Assembly: GCA_963810945.1 (NCBI GenBank) | Contig: CAWEPI010000014.1 | Coordinates: 174,308-238,307, forward strand | Origin: an uncultured Actinomycetes bacterium | GTDB lineage: Bacteria; Actinomycetota; UBA4738; HRBIN12 | Direction: 5' to 3' | DNA: 64,000 bases | Part shown: positions 38,174 through 48,315 of the stretch, piece after piece | Numbering within the stretch: position 1 is the stretch's first letter | How the letters are laid out: every line of letters begins with the position of its first letter | Notes under the pieces: model-generated | What the model was told of the DNA's origin: nothing | Seen by the model: the letters and a program-made list of their open reading frames with translations, nothing else | Database searches by the model: none | Program-made: the position numbers and the translations under genes

Positions 38174-40045
38174 ATGGTCGGTAGTCGAGTTCCGGCAGCA
38201 GATGGCCAGCTCCGTCCCGGGGCGACACCCGGGCATCGAGAACCGACCGCCGCCCTCACGGCGGTCGTGGAGGACCTCGCGGGTGAGTTGTCGCTCCGCC
38301 CCCTGCTAGAGCGGATCCTCAAGCGTTCCACCGAGCTCTTGGGCTGTGACGCGGGCTCCATCTGCCTCGTGGACGAAGCCGCGGGCGTCTACCGCAAAGA
38401 GGCCGACATCGGCATCGCCTGCCAATCGGGCAAGGTGTTCCCGCTCACCGAGGGCACGACCGGCGCGGTCGTGGCGCGCCGAGGCCCGGTGATCTTCGAC
38501 GACTACGCCGACGTGCCCGGTGGCCACGTGCGACCCGAGGACCGAGGGGCGCTCAAGGGCGTGATCGGCGTCCCGATCTGGTGGCGCGGGGCCATCGTCG
38601 GCTCCTGCGTGGTGTTCACGCGTGACCCCAGCCGGACCTTCCTCCCCGCGGATGCGGAACTGCTCGAACTCTTCGCGAAGCACGCGGCGATCGCGATCAC
38701 CAACGCCCGCCTCCATGAGGCCGCGGAGTCGAACGCGCGCGCCGAGGCGGCCGCAGCCGAGCGCAACCGGATGGCACGCGAGGTGCACGACGGCGTGGCG
38801 CAAGGACTGGTGTCGGTCTTGCTGGAGCTCCGCGCCGCTCACGCGGCGATCGCGGACGGACGTTCCGACGAGGCGACCCGCGCCCTCGCCGGGGCACGGA
38901 CGGCTGCCGAGGCCGTGTTCGAGGAGACGCGGCGCAGCGTGCTCGGACTGGCTCCCTCCCCGTTGGAGGGACGTTCGCTCGAGGACGCGCTCGAGCTCGA
39001 GATGGCATGGGCGAACCGGACCGGCGTGATCCAGGCCCGCCTCGTGACGGCCGGTAACCCTGTGGTCCCGCTACCCGAGGTCGCCCACACCCTGTTCCGC
39101 ATCACCCAGGAGGCGCTGACCAACGCGATCCGCCATGCCCGCGCCTCCTCGGTGCGTGTCGGCCTCGTGTATGCGCCGACGGGCGTCACGCTCTTGGTGC
39201 AGGACGACGGCGCGGGCTTCGATCGATCCCGGGTCGAAACCGACGGAGCGGCGCAGGGCTTGGGGTTGGACGGGATGGCTGAGCGCGCCCGGTTGCTGGG
39301 GGGGACCCTGGAACTCGACTCGACCCCCGGATGGGGAACTCGGATCCGCGCCTGGATCCCTTCGGTCCCGGAGACACCGGTGGACACGGAGGCTCCCGCG
39401 GTCACCGCCCAGCCGACCGTTCCCGTGCGGGTCCTCGTCGTCGACGATCACGCCGTCACGAGGGCCGGCATCGTCCGACTCCTGTCCGCCTCCGATCCCG
39501 AGCTGCACGTCGTCGGCGAGGCCGGATCCGGCGCGCAGGCGATCGAGGCGTGGCGGGCCCTGCGTCCCGACGTCGTCCTCATGGATCTGCAGATGCTCGA
39601 CGGCGACGGGATCGAGGCGATCGCGCGGATCCGGGCTGAGGACGCAACCGCCAACATCGTGGCGTTGACCGCCTTCGCCAGCGATGACCTGGTCGCGGGC
39701 GCGTTCCGGGCCGGAGCGCGCGGCTACATCGGCAAAGAAGCGTCCGAGTCGGAGTTGATCAGAGCGGTCCGCGCCGCCGCCCGAGGGGAGATGGTGGTCT
39801 CGGGTGCAGCGGCCGAGCGACTGTACTCCCATCTCAACGGGACGGGTGACGTGCTCGCGTTCACCGAGCGCGAGCGACAGGTGCTCGTCTTGCTCGAACG
39901 CGGAGCCACGGATCGCGAGATCGGCGAGGCGCTCACCATCTCCGTGAAGACGGTCGAGAAGCACGTCGGATCGATCCTGCGCAAGCTCGGCGCCCAGAAC
40001 CGCACCCAGGCCGTGGCCCGGGCCCGCGAGCGCGTGGCCGGGTAG
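38174..40045 (+). CDS. Single-chain GAF - HisKA_3 kinase - HATPase - REC - LuxR HTH regulator
   Basis: GAF domain, ERNRMAREVHD, QEALTNAIRH, DDGAGF, GLGLDGM, VVDDH...VLMDLQM, FTERERQVL..ISVKTVEKH in one frame. Confidence 0.9.
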   Translation: MVGSRVPAADGQLRPGATPGHREPTAALTAVVEDLAGELSLRPLLERILKRSTELLGCDAGSICLVDEAAGVYRKEADIGIACQSGKVFPLTEGTTGAVVARRGPVIFDDYADVPGGHVRPEDRGALKGVIGVPIWWRGAIVGSCVVFTRDPSRTFLPADAELLELFAKHAAIAITNARLHEAAESNARAEAAAAERNRMAREVHDGVAQGLVSVLLELRAAHAAIADGRSDEATRALAGARTAAEAVFEETRRSVLGLAPSPLEGRSLEDALELEMAWANRTGVIQARLVTAGNPVVPLPEVAHTLFRITQEALTNAIRHARASSVRVGLVYAPTGVTLLVQDDGAGFDRSRVETDGAAQGLGLDGMAERARLLGGTLELDSTPGWGTRIRAWIPSVPETPVDTEAPAVTAQPTVPVRVLVVDDHAVTRAGIVRLLSASDPELHVVGEAGSGAQAIEAWRALRPDVVLMDLQMLDGDGIEAIARIRAEDATANIVALTAFASDDLVAGAFRAGARGYIGKEASESELIRAVRAAARGEMVVSGAAAERLYSHLNGTGDVLAFTERERQVLVLLERGATDREIGEALTISVKTVEKHVGSILRKLGAQNRTQAVARARERVAG

Positions 40046-40078
40046 GGAGATCCCCGCCCACCAGACGGGTGATCTCCC
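40045..40078 (+). promoter_or_regulatory. Inverted repeat between the hybrid regulator and fba (operator or terminator)
   Basis: GGGAGATC-N18-GATCTCCC with inner CCCG/CGGG pairing. Confidence 0.4.
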
Positions 40079-40138
40079 CGATGCCCGAGGCTCCCGGCAC
40101 CCCTAGCCTGGTCGACATCCGACCTGCCGGAGGGTGCC

Positions 40139-40999
40139 GTGCCTGTCGTGCCGCTCAAAGACGTCCTCGATCGAGCCTTCAAAGAGCGCTACGGCGTCGC
40201 CGCGTTCAACATCGTCAACGACCTCACGCTGGAGGCGGTCTTGGCCGCGGCCGTCGAGCTGCGGGCACCGGTGATCGTGCAAACCTCCGTGAAGACGGTG
40301 AAGTCCGTCGGCCGCGACGTGCTCTTCGGGATGTGGCGCACGATGACGGCCGGCATCGAGGTGCCCGTCACCCTCCATCTCGACCACTGCCCGGAGCGCG
40401 ACGTCATCACCTCGTGCCTGGAGGCGGGGTGGAACTCCGTCCTGTTCGACGCCTCCGCCCTGCCGGTCGCGGAGAACCAACGCCAGACCGAGGAAGTCGT
40501 GGCGGAAGCTCACCGCCAGGGCGCCCATGTCGAGGGCGAGATCGAGGGCATCAAGGGCGTCGAAGACGACGTCGGTTCCGACGAGGAGGCCGACCAGCAG
40601 TCCCTCGCGGTTGCGCTGGAGTTCATCCGCTCGACCGGCGTGGACTGCTTCGCGCCGGCGATCGGCAACGCGCACGGCATGTATGCGGCGGAGCCGAAGC
40701 TGGACGCGCAACGCGTCTCCGACATCGTGGAGACCGAGCCGATCCCCATCGCCCTGCACGGGGGCAGCGGGATGACCGACGCGCAGTTCTCCGATCTGAT
40801 CGCGCGAGGGTGCGCCAAGGTGAACATCTCCACCGCGCTCAAGCGACGATACATGCAGTCCAACCTGGCATTCCTGCGCGAGACCGAGGCGGCGGACAAG
40901 TGGGATCCGCCCTCGCTCTTCAGGCACGTGCGTGCGGACATCATCGAGATGGCCCAGGACCACATCCGCCGATTCGGGAGTGAGGGCAAGGCCTGGTGA
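40139..40999 (+). CDS. fba: Class II fructose/tagatose-bisphosphate aldolase
   Basis: AAFN, LHLDH, VEGEIE, AIGNAHG, LHGGSG, KVNIST. Confidence 0.88.
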   Translation: MPVVPLKDVLDRAFKERYGVAAFNIVNDLTLEAVLAAAVELRAPVIVQTSVKTVKSVGRDVLFGMWRTMTAGIEVPVTLHLDHCPERDVITSCLEAGWNSVLFDASALPVAENQRQTEEVVAEAHRQGAHVEGEIEGIKGVEDDVGSDEEADQQSLAVALEFIRSTGVDCFAPAIGNAHGMYAAEPKLDAQRVSDIVETEPIPIALHGGSGMTDAQFSDLIARGCAKVNISTALKRRYMQSNLAFLRETEAADKWDPPSLFRHVRADIIEMAQDHIRRFGSEGKAW

Positions 41000-41787
41000 A
41001 CGCCCTCATCTTCGATTGCGACGGCGTGCTCGCCGACACGGAGCGGTACGGGCACCTCCCCGCCTTCAACCAGACCTTCGAAGAGTTCGGACTGCCGGTG
41101 CGGTGGTCCGAGGAGGAGTACGGGGAGAAGCTCAAGATCGCCGGCGGCAAGGAGCGGATGACGAGCTTGCTGACGGAGGACTTCGTCCGCGACGCCGGTC
41201 TGCCCACCGATCCCGAGGGTCAGAAGGCGGCGGTGGCCGAGTGGCACCGTCGCAAGACCGCGATCTACACCGAGATAGTGGCGGGAGGCCGTCTGCCGGG
41301 GCGGCCCGGGGTAGCGCGGATCGTCGCGGCAGCGCTCGACGCCGGATGGGCGCTGGGGGTCGCCTCGACCTCGTCGGAGGCCTCGGTGCGCGCCGTGCTC
41401 GAGCACGTGGTCGGTGCCGACCAAGCGGCCCGCTTCGCCCTGGTCCTCGCGGGCGACGTGGTCCCCGCGAAGAAGCCCGCCCCCGACATCTACGAACTCG
41501 CCGTGGAGCGGCTGGGGGTCGAGCGGACCCAGGCCCTCGTGATCGAGGACTCCCGCAACGGCCTGCTCGCGGCGACCCGTGCAGGCCTCACCTGTGTCGT
41601 CACCGCGAGCAGCTACACCGAGCAGGAAGACTTCTCGGAGGCCGTCCTCGTGGTTTCGTCCCTCGGCGACCCGGACGGCGAGCGAACGACGGTGATCGCC
41701 AGCCGGGGCGTCCGACCGCCGGATGACTACGTCGGCCTCGGGGAACTGGAGGCCTGCCTCGCGGTGGGAAGCGTGTCCGGACCATGA
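40996..41787 (+). CDS. HAD-IA hydrolase, CbbY-like sugar-bisphosphate phosphatase
   Basis: [40 protein letters not shown]. Confidence 0.88.
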   Translation: MNALIFDCDGVLADTERYGHLPAFNQTFEEFGLPVRWSEEEYGEKLKIAGGKERMTSLLTEDFVRDAGLPTDPEGQKAAVAEWHRRKTAIYTEIVAGGRLPGRPGVARIVAAALDAGWALGVASTSSEASVRAVLEHVVGADQAARFALVLAGDVVPAKKPAPDIYELAVERLGVERTQALVIEDSRNGLLAATRAGLTCVVTASSYTEQEDFSEAVLVVSSLGDPDGERTTVIASRGVRPPDDYVGLGELEACLAVGSVSGP

Positions 41788-41805
41788 GCGACGAAGGAGG
41801 TGTGG

Positions 41806-42447
41806 ATGGCGGACTCGAGCTTTGAAGGTGTGGAGCTTGTCGTGCGAACGATCGCGCAGACCGCGGTCGACAACGAGACGTATTTCGGTGAGTTGGACGC
41901 GGTCGTCGGCGACGGCGACTTCGGGTACTCGATGGCGCGCGGGTTCGAGTTGGTCCTCGCCGACTTCGATGCCTTCGATCGCGCGGACATCGGGACGTTC
42001 CTGAAGAAGATCGCGGTCGTGATCACCAGCCGTGTGGGCGGGACCTCCGGTCCGTTGTGGGGTACCGGCTTCCTACGGGCGGGAGCCGTGGCCGCCGGCA
42101 AGACCGAGCTCTCGTCCGAGGACGTGATCGCGATGCTCCGCGCGTCGATCGAGGGCATCAAGAAGCGCGGGAACTCGGATCTGGGTGACAAGACGCTGCT
42201 GGACGCGCTCCAGCCGGCCGTCGACGAGCTGGAGACGGCACTCGCGGGCGACGACACCGCGGGTACCGCGATCCGGAAGGCGGCCGTGATCGCGCGCGAG
42301 CGCGCGGAGGCGACCAAGGAGATGATCGCCAAGCGCGGCCGAGCCGCGTACACGGGCGAGCGCAGCATCGGGACGCTGGACGCGGGCGCGATCGCCGTAG
42401 CGCTGATGTTCGAACAGATCGCCGACGCGTGGGCGGCTGAAGAGTAG
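41806..42447 (+). CDS. dhaL: Dihydroxyacetone kinase subunit L
   Basis: LDAVVGDGDFG, GGTSGPLWG, GDKTLLDAL, GRAAYTGERS. Confidence 0.92.
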   Translation: MADSSFEGVELVVRTIAQTAVDNETYFGELDAVVGDGDFGYSMARGFELVLADFDAFDRADIGTFLKKIAVVITSRVGGTSGPLWGTGFLRAGAVAAGKTELSSEDVIAMLRASIEGIKKRGNSDLGDKTLLDALQPAVDELETALAGDDTAGTAIRKAAVIARERAEATKEMIAKRGRAAYTGERSIGTLDAGAIAVALMFEQIADAWAAEE

Positions 42448-42472
42448 GGCTGATCAGGAGGAGGGAGACGCT

Positions 42473-43468
42473 GTGAAGAAGTTCGTCAACGACCCGAAAG
42501 AGTTCGTCCCCGAGATGCTCAAGGGGATCGCGCTCGCCAACCCGGACACACTCAAATACGTGCCCGAGTACAACCTCATCATGCGGACCGATGCTCCCAA
42601 CGACGCGAAGGTCTCCATCGTGCAGGGCTCGGGATCCGGGCACGAGCCGGCGCACGTGATGATCGTGGGCAAGGGGATGCTCGACGCCGCCTGCCCCGGT
42701 GACGTCTTCGCGGCGCCGCCCATGGACTACGTACTCGAGACCACCAAGCTGCTCAACTCCGCTAAGGGCGTCCTCCACCTGATCAACAACTACACGGGCG
42801 ACCGGATGGCGTTCGAGATGGGTGCCGAGATGGCCGACGCCGAGGGCATCCGCATCGGCACGGTGATCGTCGACGACGACGTCGCCGTGAAGGACTCCAC
42901 CTGGACCGTCGGACGCCGCGGGGTAGCCGGCAACTTCTTCGTGATCAAGGCGATCGGTGCGGCGTCGGAGCAGGGCGCCGAGCTGGACGACCTCGTCAAG
43001 TTGGGCGAGCGGGTCAACTCCGTCACCCGCACGATGGGGATGGCCCTCACGTCCTGCACACCGCCGGCGAAGGGATCGCCGCTGTTCGAGCTCGGCGACG
43101 ACGAGATGGAGATGGGCGTGGGCATCCACGGCGAGCCCGGCCGTCGTCGCGAGAAGCTCGCCGACGCCAACACGATCGTCGACGAGCTCGTGGAGGCCAC
43201 CGCCTCCGACCTCCCGTTCCAGAAGGGCGACAACGTCGCCCTGATGATCAACGGGCTCGGCGGCACACCCATCAGCGAGCTGTACCTGCTCTACGGCCGC
43301 GCGCACGACCAGCTCGCGTCCCGCGGGATCACCGTGGGTCGCAGCTACGTCGGCGAGTACTGCACGTCGCTCGACATGGCGGGCTGCTCCGTCACGCTCG
43401 TGAAGCTCGACGACGAGCTGACCTCGCTGCTCGAAGCACCTGCGGAGGTCGCGACGCGCGTCTTCTAG
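42473..43468 (+). CDS. dhaK: Dihydroxyacetone kinase subunit K
   Basis: GSGHEPAH, NYTGD, GRRGVAG, GIHGEPG, TSLDMAG. Confidence 0.93.
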   Translation: MKKFVNDPKEFVPEMLKGIALANPDTLKYVPEYNLIMRTDAPNDAKVSIVQGSGSGHEPAHVMIVGKGMLDAACPGDVFAAPPMDYVLETTKLLNSAKGVLHLINNYTGDRMAFEMGAEMADAEGIRIGTVIVDDDVAVKDSTWTVGRRGVAGNFFVIKAIGAASEQGAELDDLVKLGERVNSVTRTMGMALTSCTPPAKGSPLFELGDDEMEMGVGIHGEPGRRREKLADANTIVDELVEATASDLPFQKGDNVALMINGLGGTPISELYLLYGRAHDQLASRGITVGRSYVGEYCTSLDMAGCSVTLVKLDDELTSLLEAPAEVATRVF

Positions 43469-43491
43469 CCACCACGAACACGATCGGACGA

Positions 43492-43524
43492 GGAGGAGGG
43501 GTGACGGCGGCTCGCCCCTCCTCC
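43492..43524. terminator. Hairpin between convergent dhaK and delta-60 genes
   Basis: GGAGGAGGGG / CCCCTCCTCC 10-bp stem extendable to 13 bp, 7-nt loop. Confidence 0.55.
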
Positions 43525-43531
43525 GACGCGC

Positions 43532-44791
43532 CTATGGACCGAGGAACCTCGCGGCGATCACGTTCCCGGACTCGGTTCCGGCCACCACGACCTTCCCCTT
43601 GGCCGTGACGATCACGTCGAAGCCGGTCGCGGTCGTGAGCGGTCCGGTGGCTTCGCCTCCGGTCCCGAAGCTCCGGTCGAGCTTGCCGCCCGCCCTCAGC
43701 TGCAGCACGTTCGGACCGCCGCTGAAGCCGTTGGAGGCGACGATGCGATGGTCCCTGAGGACCACGACGGATCCGACCTCCCAGGAGACCGAGAGGGCGT
43801 GGATCGCGATGCCGTCTCCGCCGAAGCTCTTGTCGCGCTTGCCGTCGCCAAGCAGCCGTACGAACCCGGCCTCGGAGATCTTCGTGTGCACTCCGAGCAC
43901 CAGCTTGGAGCCGTCTCTGGTCAGCGCGTAGGACCAGTTGTCCACGGTGTCCACGTCGACGATGACGAACCCATCGCCGCCGAACGTCTTGTCCGGCGTC
44001 CCGTTCGCGGTCAACCGGATCGCGAGTGTCCTGTAGTCCCCGCTCGCCCGAGCCACCCACCCGGCCATCGCGAGCTTGCCACCGGCTTGCACGACGACGC
44101 GCCATGGGGAGTCGTACCCCTTCACGTGGTCGGGGACCTTCACGACCTTGCGTCCGTGATCGCCGAACGTTCTGTCCAACGTTCCGTCCGCGTTCAGGCG
44201 CGCGATCGCCGGGTTCGATACTCCCGACACCGGGTCGACCTCACCCACGACGACGATCTTCCCGTCGGGTTGGATCGCCACCCCGTAACCGCTCGCTTCA
44301 CCCTGCGGGAACCGGATCTTGGCCACCCCATCGCCGGAGAACGAGCCGTCCGGCGCGCCTCCCGTGCGGAACCGGGCCACGACGAAAGCGGAGGACCCAC
44401 TCGTCGCGCTCTCATACCCAGCCTCCACGACGCGATCATCCCGTTGCTTCGCGACATCGGTCATCGTCACGGTGGATGCCCCCGGGACCGTGACGCCTGA
44501 AGCGCCGAGGGTTCCGTAGCTCGTGAGGCGCTGGCCGTTCCGCGTGAGCGCTACGGTGCCCGCTATGTCGTCGAGGCTCACGCCGAGGATGAACGTGCCG
44601 TCTCCGCGCTGGACGATCCCGCCGACGTCGGCTGAGGAGGCCAGCGCGATCGTCTTCGCTCCCGCGTCGCCGAAGCTCAGGTCGACATCGCCCGGCGCCG
44701 CCGACGCCACACCGCCTCCGAGGAGCGCGAAGGCGCTGGCGAGCGTGAGGCAGATGGTGGTGCGGTGGACGCGGCGACGACGTGGATGCAT
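43532..44791 (-). CDS. Secreted delta-60 repeat (DUF5122) beta-propeller protein
   Basis: Signal peptide; repeated VAIQPDGKIVVVG...ARLNADGTLDRTFG / PDGSFSGDG / LDRSFGTGG units. Confidence 0.85.
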   Translation of the reverse strand: MHPRRRRVHRTTICLTLASAFALLGGGVASAAPGDVDLSFGDAGAKTIALASSADVGGIVQRGDGTFILGVSLDDIAGTVALTRNGQRLTSYGTLGASGVTVPGASTVTMTDVAKQRDDRVVEAGYESATSGSSAFVVARFRTGGAPDGSFSGDGVAKIRFPQGEASGYGVAIQPDGKIVVVGEVDPVSGVSNPAIARLNADGTLDRTFGDHGRKVVKVPDHVKGYDSPWRVVVQAGGKLAMAGWVARASGDYRTLAIRLTANGTPDKTFGGDGFVIVDVDTVDNWSYALTRDGSKLVLGVHTKISEAGFVRLLGDGKRDKSFGGDGIAIHALSVSWEVGSVVVLRDHRIVASNGFSGGPNVLQLRAGGKLDRSFGTGGEATGPLTTATGFDVIVTAKGKVVVAGTESGNVIAARFLGP

Positions 44792-44881
44792 GGGCCCTCC
44801 GAGCTGACGGTCGAACCTGATGGGTCGCCACATCGCATCACACCTGCGCCGTGGACGCGAATCGAGACGGGATCCAGTCGC

Positions 44882-45841
44882 CTAGGTTGCTCTCAGAACG
44901 CTCAGCGCCTCACCCGCCCGCCGTACGTCCTCCAGGCTCGAGCCCGCCGGCATGTTGAAGATGAGGCCCTGGAGTCCTGCGTCGAGGAAGGCGCGCCCCC
45001 GTTCGGCCACGGCGTCGCGATCGCCCCAGACGAGGCGCATCGCCACGTCGGCGTCGGCCACGCCACGCGCCTCCTGCCACGTGACTCGTTGCCGCTCGGC
45101 GTCCTCCGCGGTCTCCCCCACGATCAGCGTGCCCAGGCGCGTCGCCACGAGCTCGGATCGGTCGCGCCCTTCGGCCTCGCAGTGCTCCCCGAGCACGCCC
45201 AGCTTGTGCCGGATCGTGTCCAGGTCGCCGAACCCGTTCCACATGTCGGCGTAGCGCGCGGTGAGCCTCAGCGTCTTCCGCTCGCCCCCTCCGCCGACGA
45301 GGATCGGCGGTCCGCCGGGGCGAACCGGCTGCGGGAGGTTGAGCGCGCCCTCCACGTGATGGATCGTGCCCTGCAACGTCGACTCCGGCTGCGTGAACAT
45401 CGAGCGGCAGATCCTGAGCGCATCCTCCAATCGCGCGAACCGCTCGGCGACCGGCGGCCAGCCGTAGCCGTAGGCGCGTGACTCCTCCTCGTTCCACGCG
45501 GCCCCGATGCCCAGGATCGCGCGGCCCGAAGAGACGACGTCGAGCGTGGTGACGACCTTCGCCAGGAACGCCGGGTTGCGGTAGGTGACGCCGGTGACCA
45601 TGGCGCCGAGTTGGATCCGCGAGGTGCGCGCCGCGACGCCGCCGAGCAACGTGTACGCCTCGAGCATCGGGTCGGTCACGGGTCCGACGTTGGCGATCTG
45701 ATGGTAGTGGTCCATCACCCAGAAGGAGTCGAAGCCCGCCTCCTCGGCCGTGACGGCGATCTCAGCGACCCGCTCGAAGCGGCGGTCGTCCGGCACATCG
45801 GGGAAGGTGAAGCTGGGCAGTTGCAGTCCGAGGTGCGGCAC
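44882..45841 (-). CDS. LLM class F420-dependent oxidoreductase (Rv1855c-like)
   Basis: GFDSFWVMDH, LGAMVTGVTYRNP, SSGRAILGIGAAW, GGGGERKTL; AAGGAG SD before GTG 45841. Confidence 0.88.
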   Translation of the reverse strand: MPHLGLQLPSFTFPDVPDDRRFERVAEIAVTAEEAGFDSFWVMDHYHQIANVGPVTDPMLEAYTLLGGVAARTSRIQLGAMVTGVTYRNPAFLAKVVTTLDVVSSGRAILGIGAAWNEEESRAYGYGWPPVAERFARLEDALRICRSMFTQPESTLQGTIHHVEGALNLPQPVRPGGPPILVGGGGERKTLRLTARYADMWNGFGDLDTIRHKLGVLGEHCEAEGRDRSELVATRLGTLIVGETAEDAERQRVTWQEARGVADADVAMRLVWGDRDAVAERGRAFLDAGLQGLIFNMPAGSSLEDVRRAGEALSVLRAT

Positions 45842-45919
45842 GCCGGAACTCCTTGCTGACTCGGGCGGCCCAACGAGGCCGCGACTCACGTATTGCGGGC
45901 TCGATGACAGGATAGGTGG

Positions 45920-46984
45920 ATGTCCGATCAACCCGATCACCGTGGCTTCGACGAGAGCTACCTGGGTGTCCCACCGTGGGACATCGGACGGGCCCAGCCC
46001 GAGGTCGTGCGGATCGCCGACGCCGGTGGGTTCACGGGCCCGGTGATCGACGTCGGTTGCGGAACCGGTGAGAACGCCATCGAGTTGTCCTCGCGTGGGT
46101 TCGAGGTGGTGGGCGTCGACGCTGCGCCGCGCGCGATCGAGCGGGCACGGGCGAAGACCGTCGATCGCGGATCGGGCGTGGAGTTCCTGGTTGCCGACGC
46201 GTTCTCGCTCGGTTCGCTCGGCCGACGGTTCCGCACGGCGCTCGACTGCGGTGTGTTCCACGTCTTCGACGACGACGAGCGGCCCGCATACGTCGCGAGC
46301 CTCGCTTCCGTGCTGGAGCCGGTCGGAAGGGTGCACGTGCTCTGCTTCAGCGACCGCCAACCCGGAGACATGGGGCCGCGCCGCATCACGCAGCGGGAGC
46401 TTCGCGACGCGTTCACGGACGGGTGGGGCTTCGACGAGATCGTCGCCACGACGTTCGCGACGAACCTACCGGGAAGGGAAGCTCAGGCCTGGCGCGCCAC
46501 GATCACCGCGGTAGGCCATGACGAGCGTGCCGAGGAACGAGAACACCTCGTCGGTGACCCAACCGCCCACGAACACCCGATCACCCGAGGGGTCCACGCG
46601 CGAGCTCGGCGCCCGCGCCGCGGGTGCGGTGGGCGGTCCACCGCACCTTCCCGCTCGCGGCATCCAGGGCGGTCGTGTCTCAGCCAACAGCGACCCAGCG
46701 TCGCCTCGTCGCACACGGAATCCGCCACGAACACGACGATCGGCACGGGGCGCCAGGACGGAGGCCCACGTGTAGCTCCACCACGGGATCCCCGGACCGG
46801 TCGCACGGCCCCACAACAACCGGCCGTCCCCGATGCTCCTGGCGAGGGTCACGTCCCCGTCGGTGAGGTAGACCCGTCCCCCGCCCGACGGCGACCGGGA
46901 TGCTCATCGTCGAGGCAGCGAAGAACGCGTCCTCGGCCTTGGTCCACAGGCGCTTCCCGTCGGCCACGCGGAACGCGAGCGTGA
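45920..46984 (+). CDS. Class I SAM-dependent methyltransferase; true end probably near 46514
   Basis: PPWDIGRAQP, IDVGCGTG, LDCGVFH, GPRRIT; recognisable domain ends at AWRATIT (~46510) next to an out-of-frame TAG (46512-46514); the rest reads as shadow of the opposite-strand gene. Confidence 0.8.
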   Translation: MSDQPDHRGFDESYLGVPPWDIGRAQPEVVRIADAGGFTGPVIDVGCGTGENAIELSSRGFEVVGVDAAPRAIERARAKTVDRGSGVEFLVADAFSLGSLGRRFRTALDCGVFHVFDDDERPAYVASLASVLEPVGRVHVLCFSDRQPGDMGPRRITQRELRDAFTDGWGFDEIVATTFATNLPGREAQAWRATITAVGHDERAEEREHLVGDPTAHEHPITRGVHARARRPRRGCGGRSTAPSRSRHPGRSCLSQQRPSVASSHTESATNTTIGTGRQDGGPRVAPPRDPRTGRTAPQQPAVPDAPGEGHVPVGEVDPSPARRRPGCSSSRQRRTRPRPWSTGASRRPRGTRA

Positions 46985-47848
46985 ACGAAGGGCGACCGAC
47001 GGGATCCCTGAACGCCTCGCGGTAGTCGGTCAGGATGACCACGTGTGCCCGCCGGGTCCATCCCCAGGCCTGCGGGCGAGTCGTAGATGCGCGCGGCCCC
47101 CGATCGGCGGAGCCACACGGTGGAGCCGGTGGCCGCATCGAGAGCGGTGAGGACGACGTCCCGCGACGGGCGCCGGTCCGCGACCGGCGGCGCGACGACG
47201 AGCGTGCCGTCGGGAGTCACCGCGAGGTAGGGCACGTCGGCGTAGCCCCGCTCGCGGAAGCGCCAGAGCATCGCACCGGTCACCGCGTCGTAGGCGACGA
47301 CCCGTTCGCCCGGGTGCGTCGAGCTTCCCACCGCGCCGCTCACGAAGATCCGGTCGCCCGTGGGCGAGACCGCCAGCCGGCTCGTGCCCGTGGATCCGCC
47401 GGCGAGCCTGGCGACCCAGCGCTGCGCGCCCGTGGCGCTGTCGAGCGCCAACGTCACCCACGTCGATGTTCCGTCCCGATCATCCACGCCGGCGACATAC
47501 AACGTGCCGCCGTCCGGCGAGACGGCGACCGAGCCGAGCCAACAGGTATGCGACGCGACGGTGCTGCACGGGATCGCCACGGCCCACAGACGCGTGCCGG
47601 TGGCGGCGTCGTAGGCGCGGACGAGCAGCTCGTTCGGGGCGAGCCTGGGTCGAACCCCCCAGGTACAACGTGGTGCCCGAGGGGTCCAGGGCGACGGACG
47701 TCCCGATCGCCGCGTTCGGCGGGAGGAACGCGCGAACCCACGCCGGGTCCCTGGTCGAGGCTCCCACCTGATCGGGGACGAGCACCGAGAACGCGAGCAC
47801 CAACGCGGCCACCGATGATCCCCATGTCCGGATCAGACGACGTCCCAT
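46490..47848 (-). pseudogene. Secreted PQQ-like beta-propeller protein broken by several frameshifts
   Basis: Signal peptide from ATG 47848; AYDAATG..LW, ALDSATG..RW, AYDAVTG..LW, ALDAATG..VW, FRVADG..LW blades spread over different frames; 3' end approximate. Confidence 0.6.
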
Positions 47849-48315
47849 GCCGCCACCATCTCCTGCGCTCGCTCTCTCTCGAAGCCAGCATCCGTTCCGA
47901 TGCGCCGGCGCGCATCCGCCATGTGTCCCGCACCGCAAGGGACCCCCGACATCCCTCGCGGTCATGCCTCGCGGTAGCGGCGTGACGTCGAACCGACACC
48001 GAACCGATCCGGGACTTCGCCGAACCCGTCTTCGGATCGTCGATCGGTTGCGTCCGGATCTCTCCATGAACGTCGGGCTCCCGTTGGGCCGGTGCGAGGC
48101 GGCGGCGGCCGGGTGCACCAGCTTCAAGGTGCTCCCGATCGACCACGACGCCGTCCGGCCCTATCCCTGCTCCCCCGATCGCGAGGCCGCTCGAGGGGTC
48201 GAGAAGGGCTCGAGCGCAGCATCGTGATCTGCTCGTCGGCGACGCGACCGAGTAGCGTTGGGTTCGAGGTTCGGGAGCGGACGACAGGTTCGTCGGTCAC
48301 GAAGGAGGCGTCGAG

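Noticed and set aside
40139-41787. Calvin-cycle (cbb) operon
   Set aside because: CbbY-like and aldolase genes are present, but there is no RuBisCO or phosphoribulokinase in the window.
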